Position numbers and translations under genes: made by a program. The notes under the pieces are model-generated. The model saw only the letters and a program-made list of their open reading frames with translations. It did no database searches and was not told the origin of the DNA. A stretch of 64,000 nt of DNA from Auanema rhodensis (lineage: Eukaryota; Animalia; Nematoda): assembly GCA_964057225.1 (NCBI GenBank), contig OZ059898.1:8928001-8992000 (forward strand), read 5' to 3'. Shown one piece after another: positions 38,901-51,753 of the stretch (the first letter of the stretch is position 1; every line of letters starts with the position of its first letter).

Positions 38901-41900
38901 TATGTGTATAAACAAGAAATAATAGCTCAAATTCTTACATCATCAAGTGGCATTTAGGATGATTAAAGATTATGTGAATTTATTAACGTTAAAGATCAGT
39001 CGAGTGATTCAAATTGAATATCATTGAAAAGAAGAGATCTCAAAAAAATATTTCAGTGTCGTAAACTGTTGTTTTTTGTTCTTCAATCATCAACATTTTC
39101 ATTTTCTTCCTATTATGGCTTCGAAGCTTATTATCGGAAGTTTTCTCTTGTATTCCATTTTTTGTCAGCTACCCCAATGATATTTATTGCTCGTAGATGT
39201 CGAATATTAATTTTTGTTTAAAAAAAACCTTTCTTACAAATCAAACATTGAGTACGAATTGTGATTTTTGAAAAAAAAGAGAGAAAAAGCAATTTCTCAC
39301 GTGAAGTGCACAAAAGAACTCTGTCTTATGTATCTCAAACATACATTCATACATATGTATATTCACTATTTTTAAATGAGTGATAGAAACTTTTATCTTT
39401 AAACATAAGAAAATAGTTTTAACGAAGACAAAAATTTCAAATTTGTTATTCATTTAAGTTTTTAAGCTATAAAATCTGATTTTAATGTGTTCTATTATCA
39501 CATGTATTCATTATTATAATTATTAACTTTTCATCCTCTTTGCATTTTTTTTCACTCTCCTTTCTATTCTTTTACAAGTTTTTTTTCTTCTATTTCAGTA
39601 ACATAATCTTTTTTCTTTTCATCATTTCCGTATTTGGTACAAAAATAATATTAATCTAGTATGATCTGAAAAATACAAAAGTTATTATTTTTTATTATCA
39701 TTCTATGATCATTATTATGGGAGTAGCATAGGCTTCAAAAAGAAAGGATCTTTTTACTTTCAACATTCGCTTTTCTTCTAGTTCATCGTGTTATTATAAA
39801 TTCTCTGCTTTTCTAGTCGACCAAACTTTCAAGTTGTTTAAACTATGAAGAATTCATTCATTAGTCTCTATTACAAGTGCTCTTCATATCTCATACACAC
39901 CTTCTTAGAGCTTTTGTTTTTAACATTTTTTTTTCTGGTAAAGAATTGGAAAATTGAATTTGTTTTATGTTTACTTTTGCCACTTTTTTCGCCACTCATC
40001 AATTTCAGCGAAAGAACTGATTTTTTACCCAATTGTTTATCTTCATCACCCATAGACTTACATCATATCAATCTCGTTGTTAAGAAGTATGACAAGTCAT
40101 TTATCATAAATCATTTTCATATCATAATAATTTAAATGAATTTGTCTGGAATTTCAAAAAAAAAAAAAGTTTTTAAGTTTTTTTCGAATGAGCGATCCAA
40201 TAATATCTATTAAATAACCTGTATAGTTCATGTACAACACAGTAACAATAAAAAAAAGTAGTATAACATACAAAATTCTTGAAAACATCGAAAGTTATCG
40301 AAATATTGACTGAAGAATTTCTGAATGAAACAACATTTTCTTATATAATTAGTAAATTCATATATATATTTATATTTTTTTTCACATAGACACATAACTA
40401 ATTACGTTATCTTTATATCGATGTCCTTCTATATGATTTCTCTCTTTTCAAGTATTTTTATGTTTATTTTACAATGAAAACAATGTTGAGCTTTTTTAAA
40501 AAAAAATACTTATTTACTGTTATTTTATTTCATTTAAAATATATTATTATGAATAATATTTGCTTGATATTCAATTATGTTAATAGAATGTTTCTTCTTT
40601 TTTCTTCATATTGACTGACTGAGCTCACAGGTAATATTGAAAATATGAAACGTTTGAAGATTTTTTTTTTGATCTATTAACTTTATGCGAACAAAAAATC
40701 ATTTTCTATAAATATATACAGGCATAGATATATATAGAAAGATATAAATATTTTGTGATATGTTGACAATATTTCAGTAGAAATACACATTATTGAAGAC
40801 TTATGAATGTTATTTTTTATCTGTACAAAACCTATTCTTTACCTTTTAGTCTTGAGTTTAGTATTAATTTATCATTATCGTATAGATAATCGCTTTATGA
40901 CGTTTGACAGTATATATACAATCTTCTTACAAGAAGTCTTTTAAATTATAACAGTTATATGTATATGAATTAACTATCAAGAAAGTTGTTTCTTCGATTT
41001 ATCATAAAATTCCTTAAAAGTATTTGTTCTTTCTAGAATTTGAAAAAAAAAAGTAAAATATACATGTATTAATGCACATTTATACATATAACTCACGCAT
41101 ATTCCCTTTTACTTGCTTCTTTGCAAAAACATATATGAATATGTTCAATGCTTGTTTGAAACTGGTTTCATTTCCCAATTATTGTTTTAATATTTTTTTT
41201 CTTTTTATGCTTTTCCATAGAATTATTTTTTTTCACTACGTTCATTTATGTTTCGAATATTTTAATTTAAATATAAAAAAACATCTCGAGAATATAATGA
41301 TTAAACATTACTTATTCTGTTATACTGTTTCATATTTGATTACAATAAATCCACCTGTTTCATATATGATATTAAAAATTTAGAAAAAAAAAGAAATATT
41401 TTTTTATAATCTTAAAGTTAATATTCAGATAATTAGAATAAAAACAAATTATTTTATAATTTCACGTAAAAGTTCACGAGAACTCGACCATATCTTCTTT
41501 TTATTTTTCATATAATCGAGATTTTGTACGGTTGTTCATTGGTGACTTCATCAAATATAATTTCATTTTTAAACTTAACACAATTTTCTAATTCATTCAT
41601 CTATCATTTCATATAATAAAATATAAAATATGAAGCATAAATTATTCTCATCATATAATTAGTTTTCTATCCCGGATGTAAAACTTCCGTCATTTAATAA
41701 TGACCATCAATTTATTTGTATTCATCACCTAAAAAATATTTATATACTACTTTGACCACCCACACTATCCATAATCGTTGTTAGTCATGAAGATTTTTCT
41801 TCAAACCTTATACATCGTTCGTCCTTTTGATCACTTAAAGACAATTTTTATATTTAAAGTCTTAAAACATGCATACAACGTATTAAAGAGAAAAAAATTT

Positions 41901-43900
41901 TATTTGAGTATAAATCTATCGAAATTTTGCAAAAGAAGTCATTTTCATTTACTATAACTATTTATTTATTTGTAAAGAAGTTTAGTGGTAAGCCTTTCTT
42001 ACTGTCAACATTTTTATTGTCTCGATCAAATGCTAAGAAATGGCGACTTTATTCATCGAAGCTTAGTACATCAGTTTCTTTTAATTTTCTTTCAATGCGA
42101 AATCTTAATAAGTTTAAAGAATAATATTATGAAAAATATCAGAGAAGTAATAGTTTCTAACGACTTATTCAATTGTATTATTCATTCTTTGAAAGTTTTA
42201 ATATATCAATAAACTTATCAGCTCACTATTTCTTACATAAATTACTTGAATTTGTCTTTCAATGATTCCAATTCAAATTTTCCATTTATTCAGTTATGCT
42301 CAAAAGTAGAAACTACTATGAAAGTACTCGTTAGATTAGTAGGACAATGAACTCTTAGAGATCTTTTAAAAACGATAATTTATTTGAAAACAATTAAAAA
42401 CTTACAAGCACTCTTCATAGAAATCATCTAATCCATCGAATTCATCTCTTAAAGCATCGTTATAAACTTGAATGTTCAAGTCTAGTTGTTCAAAAAAATA
42501 AAAGTTTTGTAACATTTTGGAAGGTGAAAGATCTATAAGTCCCAATTGCTGAATTTTCAAATGCTACAAAATACTTTTAGTCAAAAGAGAAAAGCCATCA
42601 GACTTCCACAATTAAAAAAAAAAAGAAAAAAGCATAAAATTTTGTGTTTGCTCACCAAATGAGATTCTAAGTACCAATAAAAACATTAAAGTAATTAAGA
42701 AACGTTGCAGATGAAAAGCCAAAAAACGACGAAATCTAAAGGTGAGAGATTGCTCTATCCAGCAACCAAAAGCCAGACATTTCAAGATATTCTACAACAT
42801 TTTCATGCAAAGGACGTTCCTTTCACATCTAAATGGATGTTTTGCAAAAACATGTTTCTTCTCTTTCAGTAACTTTTTTGATATTTAGACATGAGAGTAA
42901 TAAGTAGCTTAAAAGAAAATTTCATGTCATTTACTATAATCAGCTAATTATGCATTTGTGTATTGTAAGATTTAAAAAAAAGTATTATAGTTCCAACATA
43001 CTGAGTATAATATTTCAATTCCAAATGAAATAGTACATATTATATATAAATAAATACTGTATATAACTTATAATTTTTATGTTTAAATGAACATTATCCT
43101 TTTTTTTATTTATTAATCTTAAAATCTTCATTTTTTGCTTTTCGTTTTTTAGAAGAACAAACATAGCTTGTTGCTTTTCTTTTACACCTCATTTATAGAA
43201 ATTACCTATTCTCTTGAGTTATTTGTATTTTAATATTCATCTCAGAATTAACATTATTCTTTTTATTATTTTCAGGATTTTAAATTTCTTTCTTTCTTTT
43301 TGTTTCTCCAATCTTCTCCAAACTTTTCTTTTTTCTTACAAAAATTTGAAAAACTAACCAATTGTTTTCCATTAATGTAAAGAAAAAAATGAAAGTTGTG
43401 TGCCAGCATTTGTATTACTTGATTTCTGTCAAATGGAATCAGTAATTTTATTTTATAATGTTGTCGAACAGAACACAATTTTGGTAATTCTTCAAGTAAA
43501 AGCTTCTTTTCTTCAGACTATTCTTCAATTTTTTAGAATTTTCGTTCGTGTTCGCTTTCTCACTACGAACATTTCTTATAGCTTTATGTGAGGTTAATTG
43601 CAAAAACTTCATTATGAAATGAATGAGAAGCTTCATTTTCTTAAAATAAGTAATATGCTTTTTCTGAATGATTTCACGAAATACTACTAACTCTTATTTC
43701 ATTTTCTATTATAGAAAATAAAGATATGTATATGAATGTATGTATTCACTTGCTCTTCTTCTGCATCCTTTCTTTCCATTCTACAATCCTGATTATGAAA
43801 CTCAAGATCCTTCTCTTATTCTATTTTCGTTTCTTCTTGTTTATTGTTCTTCATTAATATATTTTGTTTCTTTTTATTTTGATTTATATCTTGAGATGCG
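35948..43900 (-). pseudogene. Probable decayed multi-exon K/E-rich gene (or more than one)
   Basis: A chain of minus-strand exon-like islands with AG/GT ends and coding-like codons, broken by isolated stops or frameshifts. Examples: ~43745-43890 (…EETKIE*EKDLEFHNQDCRMERKDAEEEQ), ~41920-42105 (FRIERKLKETDVLSFDE*SRHFLAFDRDNK), ~41745-41835 (DQKDERCIRFEEKSS*LTTIMDSVGGQ), ~38410-38550, and a terminal-like exon at 35948-36087. No homology recognised. Confidence 0.35.
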
Positions 43901-45291
43901 TAATCAGCTTTTTATATATTCTATGCTATAGTTGTCCATGTAGCTTATTTTAAAAAATGACTTAAATTATTTTTCAATTTTTTTGCTATTTTCATGTAGA
44001 AGAAAGCTAAAAGAATTAGTCAGGGTTACAACTTTTCTCAAATTAATTTTTTTTCCTTCTCTTCTTCTCTCATTCTTTTCTGTTTTTTTTTAAAATAAAC
44101 AACTTTGAAAATATTCTATGATTCTAAGTATATGCGATCATTCAAAAGCAACCGCTTGATACCTGTGCAAAATTTGAAATGAAGAAAATGGCGTTGCACG
44201 TGATAGGTGAATGTCGACGTGAGATTTAATTGAAATATTCTAATTATTTTTCACAACAGTATTTGTTCTTCAATTGCAAAAGAAAGGATAAAATAATGGA
44301 ATATCTGAAATAAAGGAATGAAGGGAGGGGGGTCGGATTTATAAATATATGTATACATATCTACAAACATATATATATATATATATATAACTAACTAACT
44401 ATATATATGTATATTCCAATTTTTGTTCCTGTTCATCATCAGATCTATCAATTATGAAGTCATTGAATAGTCATTTACTCAAATATGCTACATAAAATAT
44501 GCGAAAGTATTATTAGTTGACCTATGTATGTTAGTACGATTCAGAATTTTTTTAATAAGTCTGTGGAATATTTTCTTCCTTTCCAGAGGAAAATTCGTTA
44601 GCTTTCACTCAACCTATGAATTAACTCTAGTTCAGTTGTGTCTTTACAGATAACAATAAAAGAACTTGCGAACTAATTGCCTTTTTCTTTTCAAATAATC
44701 GCCACATGTTATCTTATTTTTTAAAATTTTTTTCTTCTTTTTTTTTCCATATTAGGCCTCTGCTTCATTCTATTTGTGTCTGTCTACGTATTCGTTTTCA
44801 AAGCTCCACACCCACTCATCTCGTCTTCCGAACAGCTGGTTAATGCTTCTCTCCAGCACCTCCTCCCTCACTCTTTCGTCTTGCGATCCTTCTCATGGTT
44901 GTTCTGACGTCTTCTTTATGGTTCTTCTTCTTTCCTTCTTCAAATCATCCTCTTTGAACCATCTAAGGTTTCATCTAAATTTCGAATTTCAAATTATTTA
45001 AGAAGAAATTGAATTAAGAGCCAAATGCATTTTTAATTCAATCCATTCAAGCTTAAACATTTTTTTCAAAAATCTTTAATATAACGATTGTTTATGTTGC
45101 TAAACTTTGATTTTTTTTTCATTATTTTTGAGCTTTGAAACATAAAATTAATCTATTAACTTTTCTCAAAATTTCTCTCGAAAGCTTAGCAGTTTCAATC
45201 TTAAATTTACAATGTGTACTGATAATTTATATCATTTATACAAATATTCTTGTTACTTTTCTCTTTGTTTCTTACTTACTAAATTTTAGTT

Positions 45292-48200
45292 ATGCGCCTG
45301 ATTGCTACATCCACTAATGGCACGGAAAGTCAGGTCAATTTTCATATTCTTGAGGTAATATCATTTTACGACTATATTTGAAATAAAATATAATTATACT
45401 CGTATTCATATCTTTCATCTTATAATTTTTAGACTTTCCATATATCAGCATCAGTATCACATTATATGATGTTAACAGTTGCTGGAATGCTGGCCTCATT
45501 TACTATATTAGCAAATTTATGTACAATGATTCTTCTATTACGATATCGGCCAATGCAGAAATCTATTTCAAATCTATATATTCTTAGTTTAAGCTGTGCA
45601 GATGTAGCTATAGGATTTTTGATACTGGTATTAGTTATTGCCAACATATTACCATCTAGGTATGTTCATATGTATATTCATAATATTTCCTTTATTAATT
45701 AAGAAAATTTGAAGTAATGTGTGTGGGAAAGTAATGATATGAAATACATGAAAGTATTTTCAAACTTTCAATCAGTTTCATGTTTTTATTTTGTTTTTAC
45801 ACATACATGTACATACTATATGTATGTATGTGTTCCTATTCTTGTAATGTACATAGATAATTAAATCTTAATTAAACTTGAAACTTAAAATTAAAAGCTT
45901 AATTGTAAAAATTTTATAATTATTATTTTGTAAATATATAAAAGAATACTATAGTATTTAGAAAAAAAAAACAAAAAGTTATCCGTTTAATCAAAGTCAT
46001 TCATTTGGCTAGAAAATATTTGTCATCGTTTGGAAAGTAAGATACTTAGATTGAATTGCAAGATGAAGCATACTATATAGAAAGAGGAAGTACGAAAAGT
46101 AGATAAGCTTTAGAAGATCATAGTTGTTACTAACTCATTCTTCTTCATTCATCCCATTTTCAAGATAATGCTTAAGAAGGTTCTAATTCCAATACACATG
46201 TGTTCTCGTTTCCCCTCGGGACACTAAATTGTCTTCCAATATTGGTCTTAATTCTAAAGCGAAATAATACTTTTATTAATAATAAAAGAAAAAGAAAGTA
46301 TTATATAAAAATATTTCAGTTCTTTACCAATCTGGATGTGTGATTATTGGCAAATATCTGATTTTATATTGTCTACAGTTAGTTTAAATTCAATTTGTGC
46401 CATTGCCTTCGATCGTGTATGGAATTTGGTAAGTATACGAGTTTTATATATTCATTAAAGTAAATTTCAATAAACATATATATTTGTACTAATATTAATA
46501 ATTTGTTTTTGAAAAGTATTACTTTTGAGATAATATGCTAAGAAATATTTAATAAGAATTTCAAATCATATGTAATCTACTACATAAACAATAAACTTAG
46601 CTTAATATATTGGTTTATAGTAATTATTTAAATTATTATATATTGAAAATAAGAATTTTTATTTAAAATTATATTCGAATAACTTACTTTTATTATTATA
46701 ATATCTTTTATATTTTATAAACATAAAATAGTTATATATAGTACTTATTCTTTCTATAAAAGATGAAAGAAGAAACGTTTTTAATTTACTTTCAATATGA
46801 CTATTCTTTATTTTTATATTTATATCTATCTATATATTAATTATATTAAAATATTCTTTTAACATTATTAAGTTATAATACATTAAATCGAAGAATAACA
46901 TATGATGTACATACATATGATGATTTTTAATTCTTAGATCTTTTTCTTTCAAACATATGACATGAAATTTTTAATTATTTTAAATAAAATTATATTTTTT
47001 TATAATATATATATTGTATAAGAAATATTAATTTTTTTAGGAGAAACCTTTACGAGTGTTCAAACGAAGTCGTCGTTTGGCACGACGATTAATTCTTGGG
47101 ATTTGGTTAGCTCCAATTGGTATCTGGATACTTTACTATTACTTTGTAACTGATCACTCATCCTCATGGACTATGTATGGAATGCCAGGATGTACTTCAG
47201 AGTATAAAACACTTTTATTTGTTCCAATTATTGCTATTCCTACGTTATATATACCAGCAATTGCTTTAGTAAGTTATTTTAGTTAATATTAATATTATTA
47301 TTATTATTAATTAGGTTGCAATGTTTATACGAATCTCAGTTGTTGTACATGGTCATTTATCATTTTTACGTGATCATTCAAATAATCCATTGGGACCAAA
47401 TTCAGGTATATATACACACATATATCTATTTATTTCATGATACATCATGTAATTGCTTATTTCTTATTCCAGGAAAATGTTCTAAAGAAGGAACACCTAA
47501 TACACGCACACCTGAACCAACTAAAAAATATTCTGACTCCAGTATTACATCTGGTGATTCTAGTTAATATATTTCAAAATTATGGAATAAATTTATTTAG
47601 GATATACATCAATGAAGTCTCCAAGATCGCAGTCTCCTAGATATCAGAGAGCTGAGTTAGCACCACTTACGGAAGAAAAAAGCAGTGGACGAGAACGCAG
47701 CCAGTCAGAACAATTACCCGGTCGTATAGAACAATTTGATGTGAGAGACAAATTGAAAACCAAGTTGCAAAACTTTAATTTTCTAGGTTGACAGCTCTAA
47801 TCATCTTCGAGTTAAGAGTACGGCTTCTAATCCAACTAGAAAAGAATCTATCAGGGCTCGTCAAATGCTTCTAAGTCAGCGTGGAGATAACCTTCTTGTT
47901 CCAGTAAGTGTTTGTTCTTTCTCAAAAAAAAATCAATTATGATCAATATGGTCAAAGTTTTACTTCTAAAGATGATCTCATTACTTTTTCAAACATGACG
48001 TTGATTTTTGGAGTTTAAAACAAAGATTAAAATTGAAGGCGTAATGAATTTTCTGCAACTTTTATTAATTTTGAAGAACTGATTTTTTTCCAAAAGTTTA
48101 TTGAAATCATTATTTGAAAAAATTTTAATTCAGATTTTAAACAATTTATTTTCAAAATTACAGTCTCGTTTATCCTTTCAACGAAGTTCCTTTCGAAGAT

Positions 48201-48722
48201 TATCAGTACTGAGTAGAACAGGATCTCGTAGATTTTCAGTGATTGCAATCCCAAGTAATCTAGCTGATCTATTACAACGGGAAGGAGTATCACAGCAAGT
48301 AAGTGGTTCAAGCTTATATGGATTAAATATATATTTGAATAGCTTTTCATGTTTATCTTATTTGAAGTTGTAAACTTTCAGGTTCGAGCTGCTAAAGCAG
48401 TAGCTTTGATACTTTTTTGTTTTTTGCTTTGTTGGCTACCATTCTTATTACTTTGGCCTATCAAAGTCTATTGTCGGTGAGTTATATCTTCAGCAAATGA
48501 AAAGCAAAAACGAAGTTTTTTTTCAGATCTTGTGTGAGTGATAACATGTATGCTATAGCTGTATGGTTAAACTATTTCTGCTCAACTTTAAATCCGTTAC
48601 TATATACTCTCTCAAGTCCCCGTGTTCGAATTGTTTTGTCAACTTATACTTCATTATTATGTTTAGATACAAGACGAAAAATGAAGCAAAGTTATTGTAA
48701 TAAAAGTGCTACATTCGTTTAA
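45292..48722 (+). CDS. Class A GPCR, biogenic-amine-receptor-like
   Basis: TM1-2 ILANL...SNLYILSLSCADVAIG; TM3 CDYWQISDFILSTVSLNSICAIAFDRV (Asp3.32 present); long intracellular loop 3; TM6 RAAKAVALILFCFLLCWLPF; TM7 WLNYFCSTLNPLLY. Confidence 0.9.
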
Positions 48723-49365
48723 AATTATCATTTTTTAATAATTGTTTCTCTCTTACTTTATTATTTGTATTGATTATATTAAGCTTATTGCAAAAATAAT
48801 TTGATCTCTTCTTTAAAAGTAATGCATATCAAACCAATAGGAATTAAAATATTTTTTTTCTTATGTAAGAATAATATTCAAAACTTTAATAATCTTATAT
48901 ATACATATAGTTATATAGTTATATATATAACTATATGTATGTATTTATATGTATGTATATTTAAAATTAATCAATATTCCTTTTCTATAACTATATGTAT
49001 TTCTATTTCTTTATTGCTCATTTGAACAAACTCAAGATGTCTATATTAGGTAGTATCAATAATTTTTTTTATGATTTAATAAGAACAAAAAAAAAAATAA
49101 TATAACATAATAATAATAGTTAATATGTTTTATGTACATTACAAATATATATATACTATATAAGAATAATACTAAGATCACACGTGTTGTTTTTTAATTC
49201 TTTTCTACAGTTTTAATAAATTTAACCGGGTTTTCATTTGTTCGTAAATTGCAATATTATGCATAATTAAGAATAATTAAAAGAAAAAAAAAATAGTTAA
49301 ACATGATGTATTATTATATATAAATATAAATATAAACATAGATGTATAGGTAGTTATTGAACTAC

Positions 49366-51753
49366 CTATTTCCTTGTATGTTTCTCTTCGAATTGCATTA
49401 AAATCAGGAAATAAGTAAAAATTGCAGACAATAACTGAAAAGAAAAAAACAGAAAATTAAGTTTTTAAAGTTTTAAAACTCACACTTAACAATATTTTTC
49501 TGTTCATAGAAAAAAAATGTCCAGCAGTTAATGTTAATTTAGTTGAATGCATTTGAAAGGATAAAAAGTTCATTTGAGCCTAAAAATATAAAAATATTTT
49601 ATTTGAAATAAATAATATTCAACGGACCAAAACCAGTAGATCTCTTTCTTCACATAATGTTTCATGATACATTTTGAATGAAGCAGTAAGAAGTTTATCA
49701 CCCTAAAAATAATTTTAATGAAACTGAAAGATTTGATGAAATATTGTTTTTCAAAATTTATAAAAAATATAATATATAAATGTAATAATACATACATGTT
49801 CATGTATCATAAAGGCAGGAAAACTGAATAGTAATAATGTAATCATTGTGTTTACAATCCAAATTGAAATAGATACCAATTCAGCAAGATCAGTCTAAAT
49901 AAATGTATTTTTTTATTTTTATTAATTATATTTATATTTATATTAAATAATATATATATATATATATATACCTGCATATTTTGTACGATTATAAAAGATA
50001 ATGAGCATAATATTGGAATACAACAAGCATATGTGTATAGTAAAGCAAATGAGAAATGATCCTCAATCAACGTTTTTCCATTAAATATTTCTTGATAATG
50101 CACTTGAACATCATGAATTTGTTGCAAAGATTGTTCAGGTAAGGGACAACTGAAATTGATTTTAAAGTTTGTTTTCTAATCAGCTGTATAATGAGCGTAC
50201 TCTTCTTTTTCAGATGGTACCATCTCATCAATCAGTTTCTTAATGCTTAAACGTAGAATCAGGCATAATTGGAAAAACAAAATGGCCAACATTGATATAG
50301 AACTTTGAGACATAAACATCTGAAAGCAAAAAAAATATTTTTAAAAAGAATTTTTATTTTAAATTTCATACCACATAACCTTCTAATGGTACCCAATACC
50401 AATTATCATTTATCATATTTGGAGTCCATGGCAGACTTATTATACCCCATTTTGATACTGTAATGAAATTCAAAAGTTAAAAGTTCAAAGATAATTATAA
50501 AAAATTATATATATATAGTATATAGTATATATAGTATATTAATAATAAATGTATTTACACATGTGTGTGACAGCCATTGTCATGGAAAAGCAAAAGCTTA
50601 GTGCAACAAGGAATTTGTTCATATGAAAATGTCTTTTATCATGATCTTCATCACGGTTCTTTCCTAATCCTTGATCAAGCACCTAAATAGTTCATATACG
50701 TATGTAATTGTAATGTAATTTTAGTCTCATATCCTACTATATTTTCTAATCATAATACATTTTTGTAAATTAAATTACTATTAAAAAGAAAGAAAAAAAG
50801 TAGAGAGAGAGAGAAAAGTAGAGAAACAGAGAGAAAAATAGTGAGAGAGAGAGGAATATGATTATTAATATAAATAGTTTTCCTTACTTGGTATACTCGT
50901 TGACGTTCTTTCTGTAGTTTTAATAACAAATATGCAGCAGATGTTCCACTGGAAATATTGTATTTAAGTTAAAATTTTATTTTATATTTAACTGTTAATA
51001 AGAAAAAAATAGTTAATGTTACTTTAAATTACCTGAAGAGAAATAATGCATTACAAGTTGTTAAAACAATACTTGGACTGAACAGAGTTATGAAGCTCAG
51101 TTTCGTATGTGATGATGTACCATGTTCAGTTAATCCTATCTGAGTTATTTTTCTTATTGTAGCACATACCTTCAAATAATAAACTAAAGTTAATCTATTT
51201 TTGAAAAAATCAAACCAAAATGCCAAAAACCGTATAATTATAAAGAGCCATACGTCTTCTCCATTTTTGTTGAAAACTTAAAAATAATATTAAAATTAAA
51301 AAAAGAAAATAAATTGAAAAGATATACGTATGATTTAGTCCAATAATCATCATATAGAGGTAGAGAGGTCGAAGAACGTCATCACAATAAGTACCAGTCA
51401 TGTCGATTTCCATGGATATCTTACGATCCATAACTTAAATAGAAATTATGTGATAATAAAATTCAGAAATAAAATTATAATATATGATTTATTACATATT
51501 ATAATTTATTTTATATTATAATTATAATTATATAATATAATTTATATGTTTTATCAAAATACAATCATAATAAAAATTAAAAATTAAGTTTTTAGCCAAT
51601 CCTAAGATAAGAATATAATTTGAACAATTACTAACCTCGTCTTCGCATAGTTTTCATTTTATAACCTGGATCCGGATTTCTTTTAGCAAAATTCGGACTC
51701 ATATTCAAAAGAATATCCATGCCTTGACTTTTAATTTCAGCTATTGTTTTCAT
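49366..51753 (-). CDS. gur-3: Gustatory-receptor family protein (LITE-1/GUR-3/EGL-47), GUR-3 orthologue
   Basis: IDMTGTYCDDVLRPLYLYMMIIGLNHT, LLLKLQKERQRVYQVLDQGLGKNRDEDHD, CPLPEQSLQQIHDVQVHYQEI, GDKLLTASFKMYHETLCEERDLLVL and FQMHSTKLTLTAGHFF...SAIFTYFLIL closely match C. elegans GUR-3 as remembered. A further upstream exon set may reach 52783. Confidence 0.9.

Noticed and set aside
41325-41370. Two piRNA Ruby motifs (CTGTTTCA) 30 bp apart
   Set aside because: Explained by a short local direct repeat; motif density elsewhere is too low for a 21U cluster.
35948-43900. Stop-codon reassignment or recoding to explain in-frame stops
   Set aside because: TAA, TAG and TGA all terminate conserved genes in this window, and the stops are of mixed type with frameshifts, which fits decay.
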